NCBI GenBank assembly: GCA_965645245.1
Contig: OZ287067.1
Location: forward strand, 310,001 to 374,000
Length of the DNA stretch: 64,000 nucleotides
DNA from: Massalongia carnosa
Lineage: Eukaryota
Direction of reading: 5' to 3'
How positions within the stretch are numbered: position 1 is the stretch's first letter; every line of letters starts with the position of its first letter. The notes under the pieces were generated by a model. The model was not told the origin of the DNA. It searched no databases and saw only the letters and a list, made by a program, of their open reading frames with translations. Position numbers and translations under genes: made by a program. Positions 13,202 through 25,679 of the stretch are shown here, piece by piece.

Positions 13202-13616
13202 TGATGGTCACAATAGAGGTACAAAATAGGTAGGGTCGGGTCAAAGGGTAGACTAAATGCTACCCTTTTGAAGTGCTTGATCATTGATCTATATAGGACA
13301 GGACAATCCACAACCTAAGCTCTTCTTCCGTACCTTGCCCATACTACCTGGTATTTTCGGTCTCCGAAATACTTCGGTCACCGAAAGACACGGGTAGATA
13401 AGACTAGGCAGGCGAGCTAGGGGAGGTGAGGCGAGGCGAGGGGATACTTCGTGTACTACGAAAACACCTCCGTAATAAGTTAAGTCCCCACACTATGCCT
13501 AACTTGGTTAGGCGGGACCTTATTGTCTTGGTGGTTGTTTTAGCTGTACGTATCCCACATAGCCACATAGGCCAGTCTTACGTTCAACGAACGCATACTA
13601 GGCCTACCCTATTACA
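13202..13616. mobile_element. LTR-like segment (~415 bp) at which the Tc1 transposase is truncated
   Basis: TG...CA termini (TGATGG...TATTACA); transposase reading frame stops looking Tc1-like at 13617; flanks do not give a clean TSD. Confidence 0.4.
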
Positions 13617-14389
13617 ACGCTCCAACCGGGGCTTGACGACGGGATCAAGAATAGCGTCAATATACACCTGATGAGTCATTTTTCCATTGCTATTGCTGAG
13701 CACATCGTAGAAGTAGATATCCGACTTGAAATTGTAACCAACTGCTGCCCAGGAGTGCTTTCTTTTACGATCTTTCTCAGGTGGTGCATCACGATGCTGA
13801 ATACAATCCCAACGCTATCTTGTTCCGGGCTTACGAATGATTCGTAACTGTCCTTCAGGCCCGTAGCCAAAATGAATCTCATCGCTGAATCGTACGCGAT
13901 GCCAGTCTTCGGACCGAGGATATTTATTTAACATAACTGTAGCAAATTCTTCTCTTCTTTCTTCTGATGCCATTGCCAGCCACCCTTTGACACAGGCTAG
14001 ACATTTGTGATAATTCAAGGCAGCTGTAAGAGTTCTCTTCATTGTACGTCCCATCACGTCGGCCCCAATCTCCTGTGCTAAAGCATCCCATGTGTAGCGT
14101 TTTCCTTCCAATTGTAGATCTTGATCCTGCAGAATGTGATCTGCCTCCTTCAGCTGATCATCACTAATCTTTCGCTTTCGACCCCGAGTCTCAACGAGAG
14201 AAGAATTGTGACGTGTGCGAGAAGAAGCTCCGCTTTTGATGATGTTATAGCCCGCGCGCTCGGCCACGCCAAATTCCTGAAAAATGGCCCGTGGATCGAA
14301 TGGAATTGCATGTGTGATGAGAATTGATAAGCTCCTTGAACTTTGGCCTTTGTGGGAGTATCATAATGAGGCTTTTTAGGTCGAGACAT
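13617..14389 (-). pseudogene. Tc1-like transposase, frameshifted and 3'-truncated
   Basis: MSRPKKPHYDTPTKAKVQGA...RGRKRKIS...WHRVRFSDEIHF...WAAVGYNFKS...VYIDAILDPVVKP. Frameshift ~14320, stop at 13815; the second and third catalytic residues are missing. Confidence 0.85.
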
Positions 14390-16009
14390 TGATGATGAGA
14401 TAAAAAGTTGAAAAAAAGGAGGGTGTTTTGATGGGGCATTCAGGGGTAAATTCGCTTACACGTTGCAATTTATTTTGTCACCCGCGTGCCTAGATAGACT
14501 TTAAGGTTTAGCGCCGGCGGATGATAGTTGTGATTAGAAGGCGAGCTTACCGAGTTGGGCTTAGTGTCCCTTTTCAAGAGTTAAAGGAAATCTCTGCGAG
14601 CAGTTACTGTTTTCCTCCTTGTGTTCGTTTCGTCAGATTATCATGTAGTATAGTCGATAGCAAAATAGTGTTCTTCCACATGGATAGGATCATTAGACTC
14701 CTACCGTGACAGTTTCCTTTCTTCATCTTTGATATTTTCTAGTGCATAGCTTCCTAGTAGAAAGTCGATTCCACATTCTGGTTGAACCGTCACAAAACTG
14801 TTTTTCGGTTTTTTTGTTTCTTTCATTCTTGCTTAAAAGGTCGTTTCGATGCGTCTTTATTAACTCTTTCAGACTTTTCTTGATTGTTTTTATGATTACT
14901 TGATAATATTCGTATCATGTATCAAGGTGATCAATTCACCACCTCAACAATAGAGAATTTATAAAACCAAAACCGAAACCGAAACCGAAAGCCTGGAATT
15001 TGTAGACTGACTATTGACATGTTTCAGCTGAAATATTTGACAGTGTGACGTGCAGCGTCTGTGCAGGGTACTAATTTCACGGGAGGAGGACTTTCTAGAC
15101 GTGTCTTGTCATGAGAGTCTTTAACATCAATCAAAACCTATAGCAAGCTAGAACCTAATTATCATTTAGATGCTATATACTTGCCATTTGAAATGTTGCG
15201 ATGACAGACGCCTTGCAGGAGAGATCATCTCGAGGGCTATCTCTTAAGATCAAGTGTTTTGATACTATTATACTACTCTGCGTCAGCTATGCTAGTATTA
15301 TCAACGAACATGGAAGGCGGAAGCCTGGGGCCACTTGGATAACTTATCGACTGATCCCAGTAATCCAACCACTGATCGTACGAGTGCGTCGACATACCTA
15401 CCTGTCTTCCGTGGGTGAATGGCACAATCACTTCTGTCGGGAATGCGGCTTCCACTTTGACTACTCAAGTCATACTCACACTCTAATGCCATCCTACCTT
15501 CAGCCGATGCCGACACGTTATGTGACATTGGCGTGCAATACTATCTCGCGGGATACCCATGCTGTGCAGGTGAATGAACATCTGGGTGCATGAAGGAATT
15601 ATTCCGCAAGGAATAGGTTTGATTGTTGCCGACGGAGTACAGCGTCCGTGTACTGTGGGTGTTTATATGAACCCCCACCGGCCAAAACCCACCCTAGACC
15701 TATTCTGGACAAGCAGTCATCAATTGCCTGACCTTGTCGGGAAGGCTTACTTACGTTTTGGAGCGTTTAAGCATAACACCAACACCAGCATCATCGGATG
15801 TGGCTGGATCGAAGGATCTCTAGTACAGAGTACAACCATATCAAGAAAAAACTAGTAATCGAAAACGAGTTAATATAATTTAATTAGCGACTCGCTTCCG
15901 TTAGTTAATACTTTCTTGACACGATTAGTTATCCCCGAGTAAGAGGCGATGGGAACCCTGCACTAACGCCGCTAAGCAACATCGTCGGAATGGTGTCTGA
16001 TCGAGCGTT

Positions 16010-17230
16010 TCGTTGGTCGGTCGTGTGCGGGATTGTGGTTCTGTAACTCTGCACACGGTCGTGCCTTCTAGGATCATAAGCTCGGGGAGGGAGAGCTTAT
16101 CGTACAGTCCGGAGTTGCGGTTTATCTGTTGTAAAAGGAAATTCTCAACGGGAGCAGTGGACCTCCCGCTATGTGATGCAAATGGTAGGCTTCGTTATCA
16201 ATACAGGGTTGCTCGCACGTATGCCTTGTAACTGATTCAGAACAGTAACCAGGGGTTTATCATATAGTAAATGCGTACTGTGCACTTCTGTGGTCTCGAA
16301 CCACTTGGTCCACGAACAGTTCTAAACTTATATGTGAACGATATCGCTAAAGATTCGCTGAAGCCAGAAGCTCCATCAGAGCCAGCTGCGGCCAGGCACA
16401 GAGACTTTTTTGCAGATGGATGGAGTCCTTTGCTCGCCGGAGCACTGAAACAGCACGTGAATCGCTGGGGTGGTCCAGCGAGGAGAGAACGAACCGTTTT
16501 GATCCCAAACTTAGTCATCGACAAGCTGGCAAAAGCTGCAGAAGTGGCTGGACTCCGCGTGACCAAACACGACTTGCTTCTAGCCTAGATCCATCAAGTA
16601 AGATTTGATTGCCCATCGGCCTAGAGACTTATCAAGTTTTGCTAATGGACGACACAGGCCACTATGCCCGAGACACCAAACTTCGGAGAGGAAAAAAAAA
16701 GAGGGCCGCCTCAGTTCTCGATCATAATGAATATTGCGAAGCTACTGCAGCATAACCCAGAGCAGCTAGTACTGCATAATCCATGGCTTGTTATCCCGAT
16801 TCCAGTTCTGAGGGTAGTAACCGTGCCTGAGAGCGCTCCTGTCCTCCTTGTGGCGAGTCATATTCGCTCAATCGTAGATGCTCGTCGGCCGGCCCCGGTA
16901 CAACAGATCATTGATCAGCACTAACGAGTAAAATCAACGCCTCTAGGCCCTGTCGACTGGGGTTGCCGTGAGCCAAACGTCGTAGTTAGTTCTTGGACGA
17001 ATCTGCCCCTCTATGAACTTGAATTTCCCCCCGCAGCGGAAGGACGCCACATCAAGCCAATGTTTGTACAATGTGGCGTCAAAGTGTGTCTAATGCTTCG
17101 ATTGCTGGGGGGGGGTCTTACTTTTGATGACGGGATCTTGACATGGACGGCAAAGATGGATTCTGGATTTAGGGGCACTTAGACGAAAATTTTTGGGAAA
17201 AAATTGTTTGCTTCGAATCCGTTGACATGA
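16010..17230 (+). pseudogene. Degraded CoA-dependent acyltransferase-like (transferase family) gene; boundaries approximate
   Basis: Fragments PLCDANG / VNAYCALL, LRVTKHDLLLA*I and VVSSWTNLPLYELEF resemble fungal transferase-family motifs; several stops and frame changes. Confidence 0.4.
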
Positions 17231-19620
17231 TTTAACCTCGTAGAACATTGAGGAAAAATCAGATTCGCTTCAGGTTAAACCTTAGGTTTTCTTGAGAGAG
17301 TTGTGAAAAATGTTGTAATTCATGACTAATTCAAGTTCAGTTCTTTCAATTAATGTCATCAACGTGCATGTAGAGAACTTTCCCAGGCATGATCATCAAC
17401 AAAGCTTAACCCAAGGGCTCTATTCCCTAAAAACTTCCCGTAGACCTCTTCCAGCGCTGCAAGTACGTTGACTTGAACAGATCCCAGTTTATTTTTTACT
17501 ACAACGTATTTTAGTCTTGTTGCACCAGTTGCAGCATGGCGGTCCATGATTTCATTTTGTAGGCATAATGCAGCTTCGTCTCCTATGTACGTGGCCCCCG
17601 CTTCCGCTCCAGGCTCAGTGTAGCGCTTCACCACTCGATTCAACGCTTTCAGGTCGCAGGCGGTGTCCTAGAATGTTGTCATTACTTCTTTAATGGTTCT
17701 CGTTTCGTTAAGGATCGCATTGAAGTCGGCCAGAATCTCGAGTTGTTTAATCATCCTTGTATCTTGTAGGTCGCCGTCGACATGGATTCACACTCGCGTT
17801 TAAATCACCGTTAGTTAGCAATGCTTTGGTGCTTTTCGTTAATAGACTCCCACTTATCTGCTGTTATAGGACGAGTATGTAGCGGCATTTCTCGAAGCCC
17901 AGCGAATCGAATATGCGAGCGGAAGCGTCGACTCTTGGTACGCCGATGTATGGGGTAACGTCGCTAATTTAGGCTATGAAGCGAAAGGTAGTCAACGGCG
18001 TGGCAGTTGTGATGTGCGGGATTGACTAAAACGGGATGGGAAACGGGAGAAAAGGATGCATGACGGGTGGAATTAAAAACGAAAATACAGAGTGAAGCGT
18101 GCTATATATTGGTCTGTGATAGCTGAGATTGTTTGCACGGCTGTAGAAGGGATTTTGCGGGGATTCAGGGGTCCTATTCTTTTACCCTCTGCGCAGTTTT
18201 TAAACCGCCTCGCCGATTTCCATTGGTGATTCGACGGTCAAATCGATGTTAAAGTGCATTTAACTAATCCCGTTTCCCATCCACGCGGAGACTTTGCGCA
18301 AATCTTAGTGTAAGTCTTCCAAGGTTTTGTCCTGCAACTCAAGTACTGCGATGATCCGATCGCGAGACTTGAGCTTAGAAGCCTAGATCTACCAGCAGGC
18401 ATCCTAGAGGGTATTCTTAGTACTCATCAACAAGTAAGGCAGTAGCATCAAAGGTTTCGTTTAATAAACGGCGGTAAGGAAACTATCGTGGCTATGGTGA
18501 AAAGTTCCGTTGCTGAAAGATCCGTGGTCGAAACTTGCGTTGATATCAGCGAACGTCATGGTTTTGTTCAGAGACGCTCGATCATGGCTGGAGTGTAATT
18601 TAGGGCTGCCGGAACAGAAGAGGGTGGAGCAAAAAGAACCTGTAAATGGAAGGCTGCAAAGGGGGGAATCGCGGTGACAGAGTAGGACAAAGAGAGTGGT
18701 GCTGAAAAACATAACGTAAAAAACAGCGTGTAAAGGACGACAAGGTAGGCAATCAGGGGGGTTGTCAAGAGTGCATGAATTTTCAGGAACCGCCAAGGTC
18801 CCTAGACGCAAGAAATTCTCAAAGATGACTTCACATCGTAACAAAAAAGCGTGACGAAGAAAAAGTGTGCCCCCTCAGAGGACAGATGAGATGTAGCTCG
18901 CAAGAATTTTGCGAGATGGGGACTGCGGAGCTGGTAAAGCCTGAGGGGCTGTATGAGGGGTAAGATTGCCCACATTGTAAAGTCGGTGGAGGTTCTAATC
19001 CTTGCAAAGTATGTAGGGGTGAGGGTGTTCACAAAGCCGAAAATTTGCAGAGGCTGATAAATTTATCGGATACTAATCGAAGGTCGGATTCGACGAAGCT
19101 TGGTCAATAACTAGGCCATATGAAGGGAGGGCGATATCCTCCGGTCGACCCTGAGGTCTCGGCAAAGACATGATCACTCAAGGTACACAAATGTATTCCA
19201 ACCGAATCCAGAATCGGTAGCTTTGACTTTCATTTGTAGTTGAGCTTTTTCGTCTCAGCAGTATGCTATTTCGGCTGCCCTTGTCCAATTCGCGATGCTA
19301 GCGATAAGAATCGACGAGGTAGGTTTCGGCGTCTGCTACATTTTGCTGCTCCAGATTAACCTGTCAAGAAGATCATTTTTCAACTTCTATGAAGACAATA
19401 TCATCAAAACAGAAGATTTGTGTAGTTACGTCAGAAATTCGAGGCATGAATGCGAGGAGAATATTATGTTTGTAATGCAGGAAAATTGTCTCTCATAGCT
19501 GATTGTATTTTGATGGTATTTACAGCAGTGAAGGGCGATCTCTTTTGAGTGGCGTAAATCGGATTTCTGTGTAAGAGGGGAGTGCATTGGAGCAGGAAAA
19601 AATAATCAACGAACAACAGC

Positions 19621-21532
19621 CTACCCTGAGAGTCCGAAGCCAGTCGAGACAGCAGAGCTTGAGCGAGCATCACTCAACATGCTATTCTTCTCGGCATCCT
19701 CCACACTCTTCCGCCCGTCTTTCATTTCTTTTCGTAGTGTTTGGACCTGCTTGTAAATCGCCTGCCATATCTCATTCGACGCAAGATTATCTAATGCGCC
19801 AGTTACTGGAACATCGGCTTGGACCAGATTTGCTTTTTGGGTTTGAACAATCGACAACAAGGCGGTGACAATAGCTTCTTGGAGATACGCGAAGCTGAAG
19901 CCCTCGGTAATGCTGGCAATCGCTGGGGATATCTCGGGTGGCAATTTGATAGACGAATTCTTTGATAGCTTCGACCTAACAACATTCATAAGTAAGAGTT
20001 GGTGGCCGGAGTTTTCAGGCACGAACCTCCAGTATTCGCAGTATTGGACTCTTTCCGGTGTTGCCGGAAGCGCAAAGTGATATTTCCGGTCGAATCGACT
20101 TGGACGCTTGGAGATTCCTGCGTCTAGTTTGTTCACTGTGGAGGCATGTAAGCGCTATAAGTCATTCAGAAGTACGATCAGGAACTACCATACAGTAATT
20201 AGTGCTTCCGATCATCATGATACCGTCGTTCCCTTCTAGCCCATCTACCTCGTTAAGGAAAAAACTCCTGACGTTGTCGGATACCAGGCTATCCATATCC
20301 TCCAATACAAGGAGACATGGGGCAGTCTCCCGTGCTTTCTCGAATATACAGCGGATGTCGTCCTGATCGCAAGACTTTCCCAAGGATTTGACATACAGAG
20401 TTGGTATAGGTTTAGTACGGCAAGAAAGCGAACGCATTAGAGCCTTGATAGAGATGGTTTTCCCGTTTCCAGGCATACCATGAAGAATAATCCCACGCTG
20501 AAATCATCATTAGCTAATTCCTTCATAGACTGAGCAAATCAAAGCGTTTGTGCGAGAAAGAGCGGCGAAGAAATTGGGAAAATAGTTCTGATGCTAGCGA
20601 TGAAGAAGATGAAGCCAAGAGAGTGCGAGGATGTTGAAAAACGTGCGAGACGTTGGAGAGGAGTTATGGGAAATGAAATCAGATCTTGTGGAGAGCAAAC
20701 AGTTCGTGCGAGCCCGATGCCGTACTTACTCACCTTCCAGGGTACAGCAAATGACTCGTAGTTCTCCTTGCGATCGAAGAAGAATTCGATATCGCTGATA
20801 AGCTGAATCTTCATCTCCTTGTTGAGGATCACGTTTTCCCATCGACATGCCTGCACATTCTTCCAAAGCTTGTGATTCTTCCTCCAATAACCTCGGTCAT
20901 ATACCCATATCTCTTCCTCGATTTTTCGACAGATGCTGGGAGGCAGCCGTGATCAAGTTATCAGCCATTTTAGATCGGCCATTGATAACATCCTCTTGGC
21001 TCCGTGGATAGACTACGTAATGATTTTGCACTTGGGAATACTCGCTCTCCCAATAACTTGCGACGTAAATAAAGAAGTCCCGATCTTTCCAGCGATAATT
21101 GTACCTCCCAAAATCCACTTCGTATTTCAGACGCCCTGCACCTTTCGCATGATCGGTGGGAAGCTTATAGGTCCGTGATGCATAGTGATCAACATCTGTA
21201 TCCAGCGTTGCCTGAGCTTGGCCAGCTTTTGCGAATTTTAGAATGCCTGTTGACTTGGGCGTCTGGGTAACAGTGGAATCGGGAAAACATCTGCGGAGTG
21301 CATCAAGAATGCCCAATTTAGTCAGCCCCCGGGATTTTGAAAAGTGAGTTCGTAGCTCATTGACCGCGTTGACGTGTGCTTCGCCATCGCATGCTTGTTT
21401 TATTCCCTTAGAAGAGGCTTCTTGGGTAATGTTCCTTACCGCAACACTCCTCAATGGGTATTTGCGATTGAGGGGACATAACTGTCGAATTTGCTCGAAG
21501 ACTCTCGGGTTAGAAACCCGCCGGTGAGACAT
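19621..21532 (-). CDS. Fungal AAA+ ATPase (single AAA domain); one frameshift, so pseudogene or sequence error
   Basis: Walker A GMPGNGKT, Walker B LLVLED, GSTN and RPSRFDRK. Introns 20498-20733 and ~20137-20191. One extra base in the T5 run at ~20922-20926 breaks SKIEEEIWVYDRGYW. Confidence 0.82.
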
Positions 21533-21770
21533 AACACAGTTGGCAGGCCATACAGTTTCTACAGTTGCAGGTCAACAGATTATTCTGTATTGAGATACCG
21601 GATTTTGCTATCGCCACATCTCGTTTTGATGCTGCCACACATTTTCATTTCTAAATGTTCCAATAGCGTGTCTTGTCCCTAACTTTGTATTCAGCTTCAA
21701 TCGCGAACAAGTAGCCAGGTCTCTTCAATTGCCATCAGGCAGATACCAAAGGCAGGGTTTTTTTTTAAAG

Positions 21771-22331
21771 ATGACGGCCCAAATCAGCCTTCGTCCACCC
21801 ACCGCTTGCAATTTGCCCTCAACTACGTTCATACCTCCGACCGTTGATCAGCTTACAGGAACATGGCACGTTGTATACTCTACTTTACCCTTGTGGAAGA
21901 ACAAACGCAACGTCAACATCACCTACAAACCACTGGCTCCTATCACCAGCTCGAAGCAAGAAGTGCTGCAACGCATTGACGACATCGTCGCCTATCAAAC
22001 CCTGACATCAGACACGATCAAAACGATTCACGGGATCGATACTACCAGCGGAGAAGGGACCGGAAACTGGGATTGGAGGGGGACAGGTTGGCTGAAGATA
22101 GTTTCTTCGCATTGGGAGATTTTAGGAGTCGGAGAGCATTTAGGTGATGATTGGGCGATCATATTCTTTGCATCGACTCTATTCACCCCAAGTGGCGTTG
22201 ACATTTTATCGAAATCAAGAGGTGGGGTGCCTAAGGGAACAGTAGTGGCTGTCAAAGAAGCGCTGCTCAAGATCGAAGATCCTGTGCTCCAAAAGCTTGC
22301 CGGGGACTTGTTTGAAGTAGAACGGGACTAA
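21771..22331 (+). CDS. Conserved fungal hypothetical protein, lipocalin/calycin-like
   Basis: Intronless 186-aa ORF from ATG 21771; lipocalin-like GTWHVV near the N-terminus; WDWRGTGWLKIVSSHWEILG; TLFTPSGVDILS. Confidence 0.7.
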   Translation: MTAQISLRPPTACNLPSTTFIPPTVDQLTGTWHVVYSTLPLWKNKRNVNITYKPLAPITSSKQEVLQRIDDIVAYQTLTSDTIKTIHGIDTTSGEGTGNWDWRGTGWLKIVSSHWEILGVGEHLGDDWAIIFFASTLFTPSGVDILSKSRGGVPKGTVVAVKEALLKIEDPVLQKLAGDLFEVERD

Positions 22332-23342
22332 GCCTGAGCGTAAGACATCGAAAGTTAACCCATTCAAGCATAAGTACTAGATACCGATAGAGCATTCGGG
22401 CCCACTTGTCCAAGGCTTTTTGATCTGGAGAGAGCAGACAGTCACCGGTCAGCCATCGATTCGGCCATCAAACAGGAGATGCATAATACTCTGGTCTTTC
22501 CATCAACAACATCATTAGAATACCGCTGGAGGACGCATGGCTATCCATTTCGTCGGCTCTGCACAAATACCAGCCGGACTCATGTTGAAAATCCTCTCTG
22601 GTTAGCGTATCCATAACCCCGTCTTCCTCGAGCCTATTCTTTGTTTGATTCAACATCTCTCCCAACAAAGCTGCTGTACGATTGTTCAGCTACACTGCTG
22701 TAGGGGATTCCGCACTAAAGCACCTCCAAGAGCTGTAGATGGTCTCAAAATTCTCAGACAGACCTATCCATTCAACTGAACATTTTCTCACCCTTCGAAA
22801 CCTCGACATCAGAGTTCTACCCACCTACGACATGATAGGTAAATCAGTAGTTGCGAGATATTTATATCTATCAGAATACCTATTTCCACCTCTTCAAATA
22901 AACCCCTCCCCCCCCATTACAAAATCTTTGCAGGATGATATGCCTTATTAAGGCATTAGTCTAGACGAGCCAAATTTTTCAACAGCATAGAGATCTCAAT
23001 GATTAAGGAGAACAAAAAAATCCCCTAAAGCCCTTCCCATGACTATTCCCCTGCGCTTCCACTCGTCCACCCACCTATCTATCTCTATTCCCCATCCCCA
23101 TTCACTAATCCTTCATTCATTCTCTCTCCCACTCACTCACTCGCAGGCTAACTCTACAGCTCAACCCCCCCCCCCCCCCCCAAACTTCCAGGATCAATCC
23201 GAACCCCTATATATACAGATAAACAGACCAGAGTAGACCAGAGAATCTCGTTCCAGCTCTCAGAACTCCTCTCTTTTTTCGGGTGGTGGTATGTAGCATT
23301 TCTCGGTTCTTTGATCTAACTTCCTATATACCTCTCTATAGA

Positions 23343-23382
23343 GTATGTATGTATGTATGTATGTATGTATGTATGTATGTAT
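23343..23382. repeat. (GTAT)10 microsatellite; a C17 homopolymer lies nearby at 23165-23181
   Basis: Read directly. Confidence 0.95.
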
Positions 23383-23852
23383 TGATTAAATACACCAGAT
23401 TAGTCTGGAATACATATACCATGTAAGTAAGAGGTTTTGTGTTATTTACTTGGAAAATGCAAGAAACTTCCTTTTCTTTTTTCCTTCATTTTTCTTTATT
23501 TCTTCATGTTTCTTTATTTTTTTTCTGGAAAACTAACCCTTTCGCCAAACCGCATGATATTTACATACTTCAGTATGTATTCGTAACCTGTTGGTGAAGA
23601 CAAGTAAAGTCATGCCGAGTTTGAATTCTCATGCCCACCGACTAGATATGTATTTGGTATCTCTCGGGATTATAGCTCATTACAAGGTTTGTATTGCTAT
23701 TGTTGTGAAACTCGTATTTGAGATCCCTCCTCTTTCACCCATCCATCGTTCACCCTGAACTCTTCTCCCCTCCGTTTTCCCTACAAGCTCCTTCCCTACT
23801 GCTGCTCCTTGGCCTATTCACGTGCTCCCCTCGCAACCCCCAAACCTCACTC

Positions 23853-25046
23853 TCAGCCACCTGTCCCCTTGGCAAGTACGCACGACGATCTGCGCCCGTC
23901 CCCACCGCGCTCCGTCCCCGTGTACCACCCCTCATCAATGAGCCGCCTCTCCAGCTCGCGCCAATAGTCGGCCTTGAGCCCAGCCGATGTCTTCAGGTCC
24001 AGGTCGCCCAACCGGGCCTCGATGGTGCGGCCAGGAGACGAGGAACGAGGGATCTAGTAGAGGACTTTAGAATCACGACTTAAAGAGTAAAAACGCAGTG
24101 GGGAAACCCCCATTACCTTGAGAAACAAAGTGCAATCGCGAATCGTCATCGCAGTCAAGAATTCCGGCCGCGACAAGTCCGCTCGCATCACTCCCGTGGG
24201 GTCGAGTTTCTCCTGAAACTTTGCCAGCCGCCGCAGCAGCGGAGACTTCAGCAGAAAGTCGGCCAGCGCGGCGCGGACCGACTCGTTCCCGCGCTCGTCG
24301 GGACGGCATAGCTCCAGGAGAAGTCCCGCGGCGGCGGCGACCGTGCGCGTATCCTCGGACACCAGGCTCAGCGGGCAGAACCCGAGCTTGAGGATGCTGT
24401 GGTGCCCGCCCGACGGTGACAATGGAGACGATGGTTGACTGCGAACGGAGGATTTCATGGCGCGAAGGGCGCAGGTGCGGCACCGGACGGAGCCGGAAGG
24501 AGCAGAGGGTGACTGAACCAGCCATTTGGGTTTGAATTCAAGACTCACCCATGACCCGGCAGGTGCGCATGTCATGTCTGTAACAAGGGTGCCGTGGGTC
24601 TCGGTCTCCAGGAGGTAGACGCCATGGCGCTTCGGGGCACGGCGGCCGTCGAATTCCATGCGGCGGAGAGCAGCGTTACAGGATTTGAGGAGGGTGAGTG
24701 TGGGATGGAAGAGGGTGTGGTCGACAAGGTGTTTGGCGGCGAGGAGCGGGCGGACGGTAGCGTCAAAGTGTTTTTGGCTGTCGAGGACGGGAACGGTGGA
24801 GGGGAGGTTTTTACGGAGCCGGAGCAGTTTTCCCGAAAGTCGTGGGTCGTCGACGATGCGGAGAGGGGACAGGTCGGTGGGGGGGGGAGTGGTTCCTTCG
24901 GTTGTTTCGGGGTCGGGGGAAGATGTAGTGCTGGGGCTGGAAGGGAGAGCATGAATTCGGTACACGATGTTTGCGGCCCCTTCTGCGAGGAATTCTAGCT
25001 CCATGCATTGGCCCAGATCGAGGGTGAGCAAAGTGGAATAGGTCAT
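23853..25046 (-). CDS. IPK1: Inositol-pentakisphosphate 2-kinase
   Basis: EGAANIVY, EFKPKWL, CRTCA, FCPL, AMTIRDCTLF, LGDLDLK; intron 24054-24116; stop at 23853. Confidence 0.9.
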
Positions 25047-25679
25047 AGTTATGGGTTGAGGCAGGCGCAATCTGTGACGCCAGGTTCAACGCTGCTTCCC
25101 AGGTGGAGTTGTTTGGGATTTTCTATTTGGTGAATGGTAGGAGACGACTACGTATAACAGAGAGGATGGAACAAAAGGAATCGGGCCCGCCAAAAACGAT
25201 ATGTGGCGCAGGCTACCGTATACTAGGAGAAGATCCAAAAAAATCTAAGGCGATCTCATGACATGATTTATAAGTAGAACGAAAGGTGAGACTTTTAAAA
25301 GCCAACGAGTGTACACTTGTTGGCGCGAGGAAGCTCCAGTGCTTTGCAAACGACCGGAACAACGATACGTGGGAGGAATGCCAAAAAAAAACAAAAAAAA
25401 AGCAAGACGCTGTAGATACATACATTAAGCAGGCTCTTCCTGAAGACGAATCTCATCCACGACGGGCAAAATGTTTAAATGCCGGCCTAGGCGAGCAGGC
25501 GTCAATAGTCCACATCTCAGGGGCAGGCATACCCATACTTACTTACATCCCTAGTGTTTAGCAGCTGTGGATGGAAGGCGGCCGGCGTGCTCGTTTCCAT
25601 CGGCCTCTCTTCAGTCCCATCACTAATTCCCCCATCCATCCGCCGTCATCATTCTATTTCAGCCCAAGCAGTACACGGT

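Larger units (their letters stand above)
9851..14712 (-). mobile_element. Tc1/mariner-like DNA transposon bounded by ~222-bp inverted arms; left arm split by a pogo insertion
   Basis: Left arm 9851-9958 + 12975-13088 is the reverse complement of 14491-14712 (about 17 mismatches by hand, no indels). Encloses the Tc1-like transposase remnant at 13617-14389. No clean TA TSD. Confidence 0.75.
4489..14794. mobile_element. Putative outer LTR-like shell (~490 bp once inserts are removed: 4489-4805 + 9758-9850 + 14713-14794) hosting the nested elements
   Basis: Starts TGTAACGGTTCGACC and ends GGTTGAACCGTCACA (TG...CA, 13/15 inverted match); contains GCCTCGT repeats. No matching TSD (CTAGG vs AAACT). 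Confidence 0.45.

Noticed and set aside
1..22400. Starship-like giant mobile element (NLR and AAA cargo-type genes)
   Set aside because: No tyrosine-recombinase captain gene or boundary repeat is visible in this window; it cannot be excluded further left.
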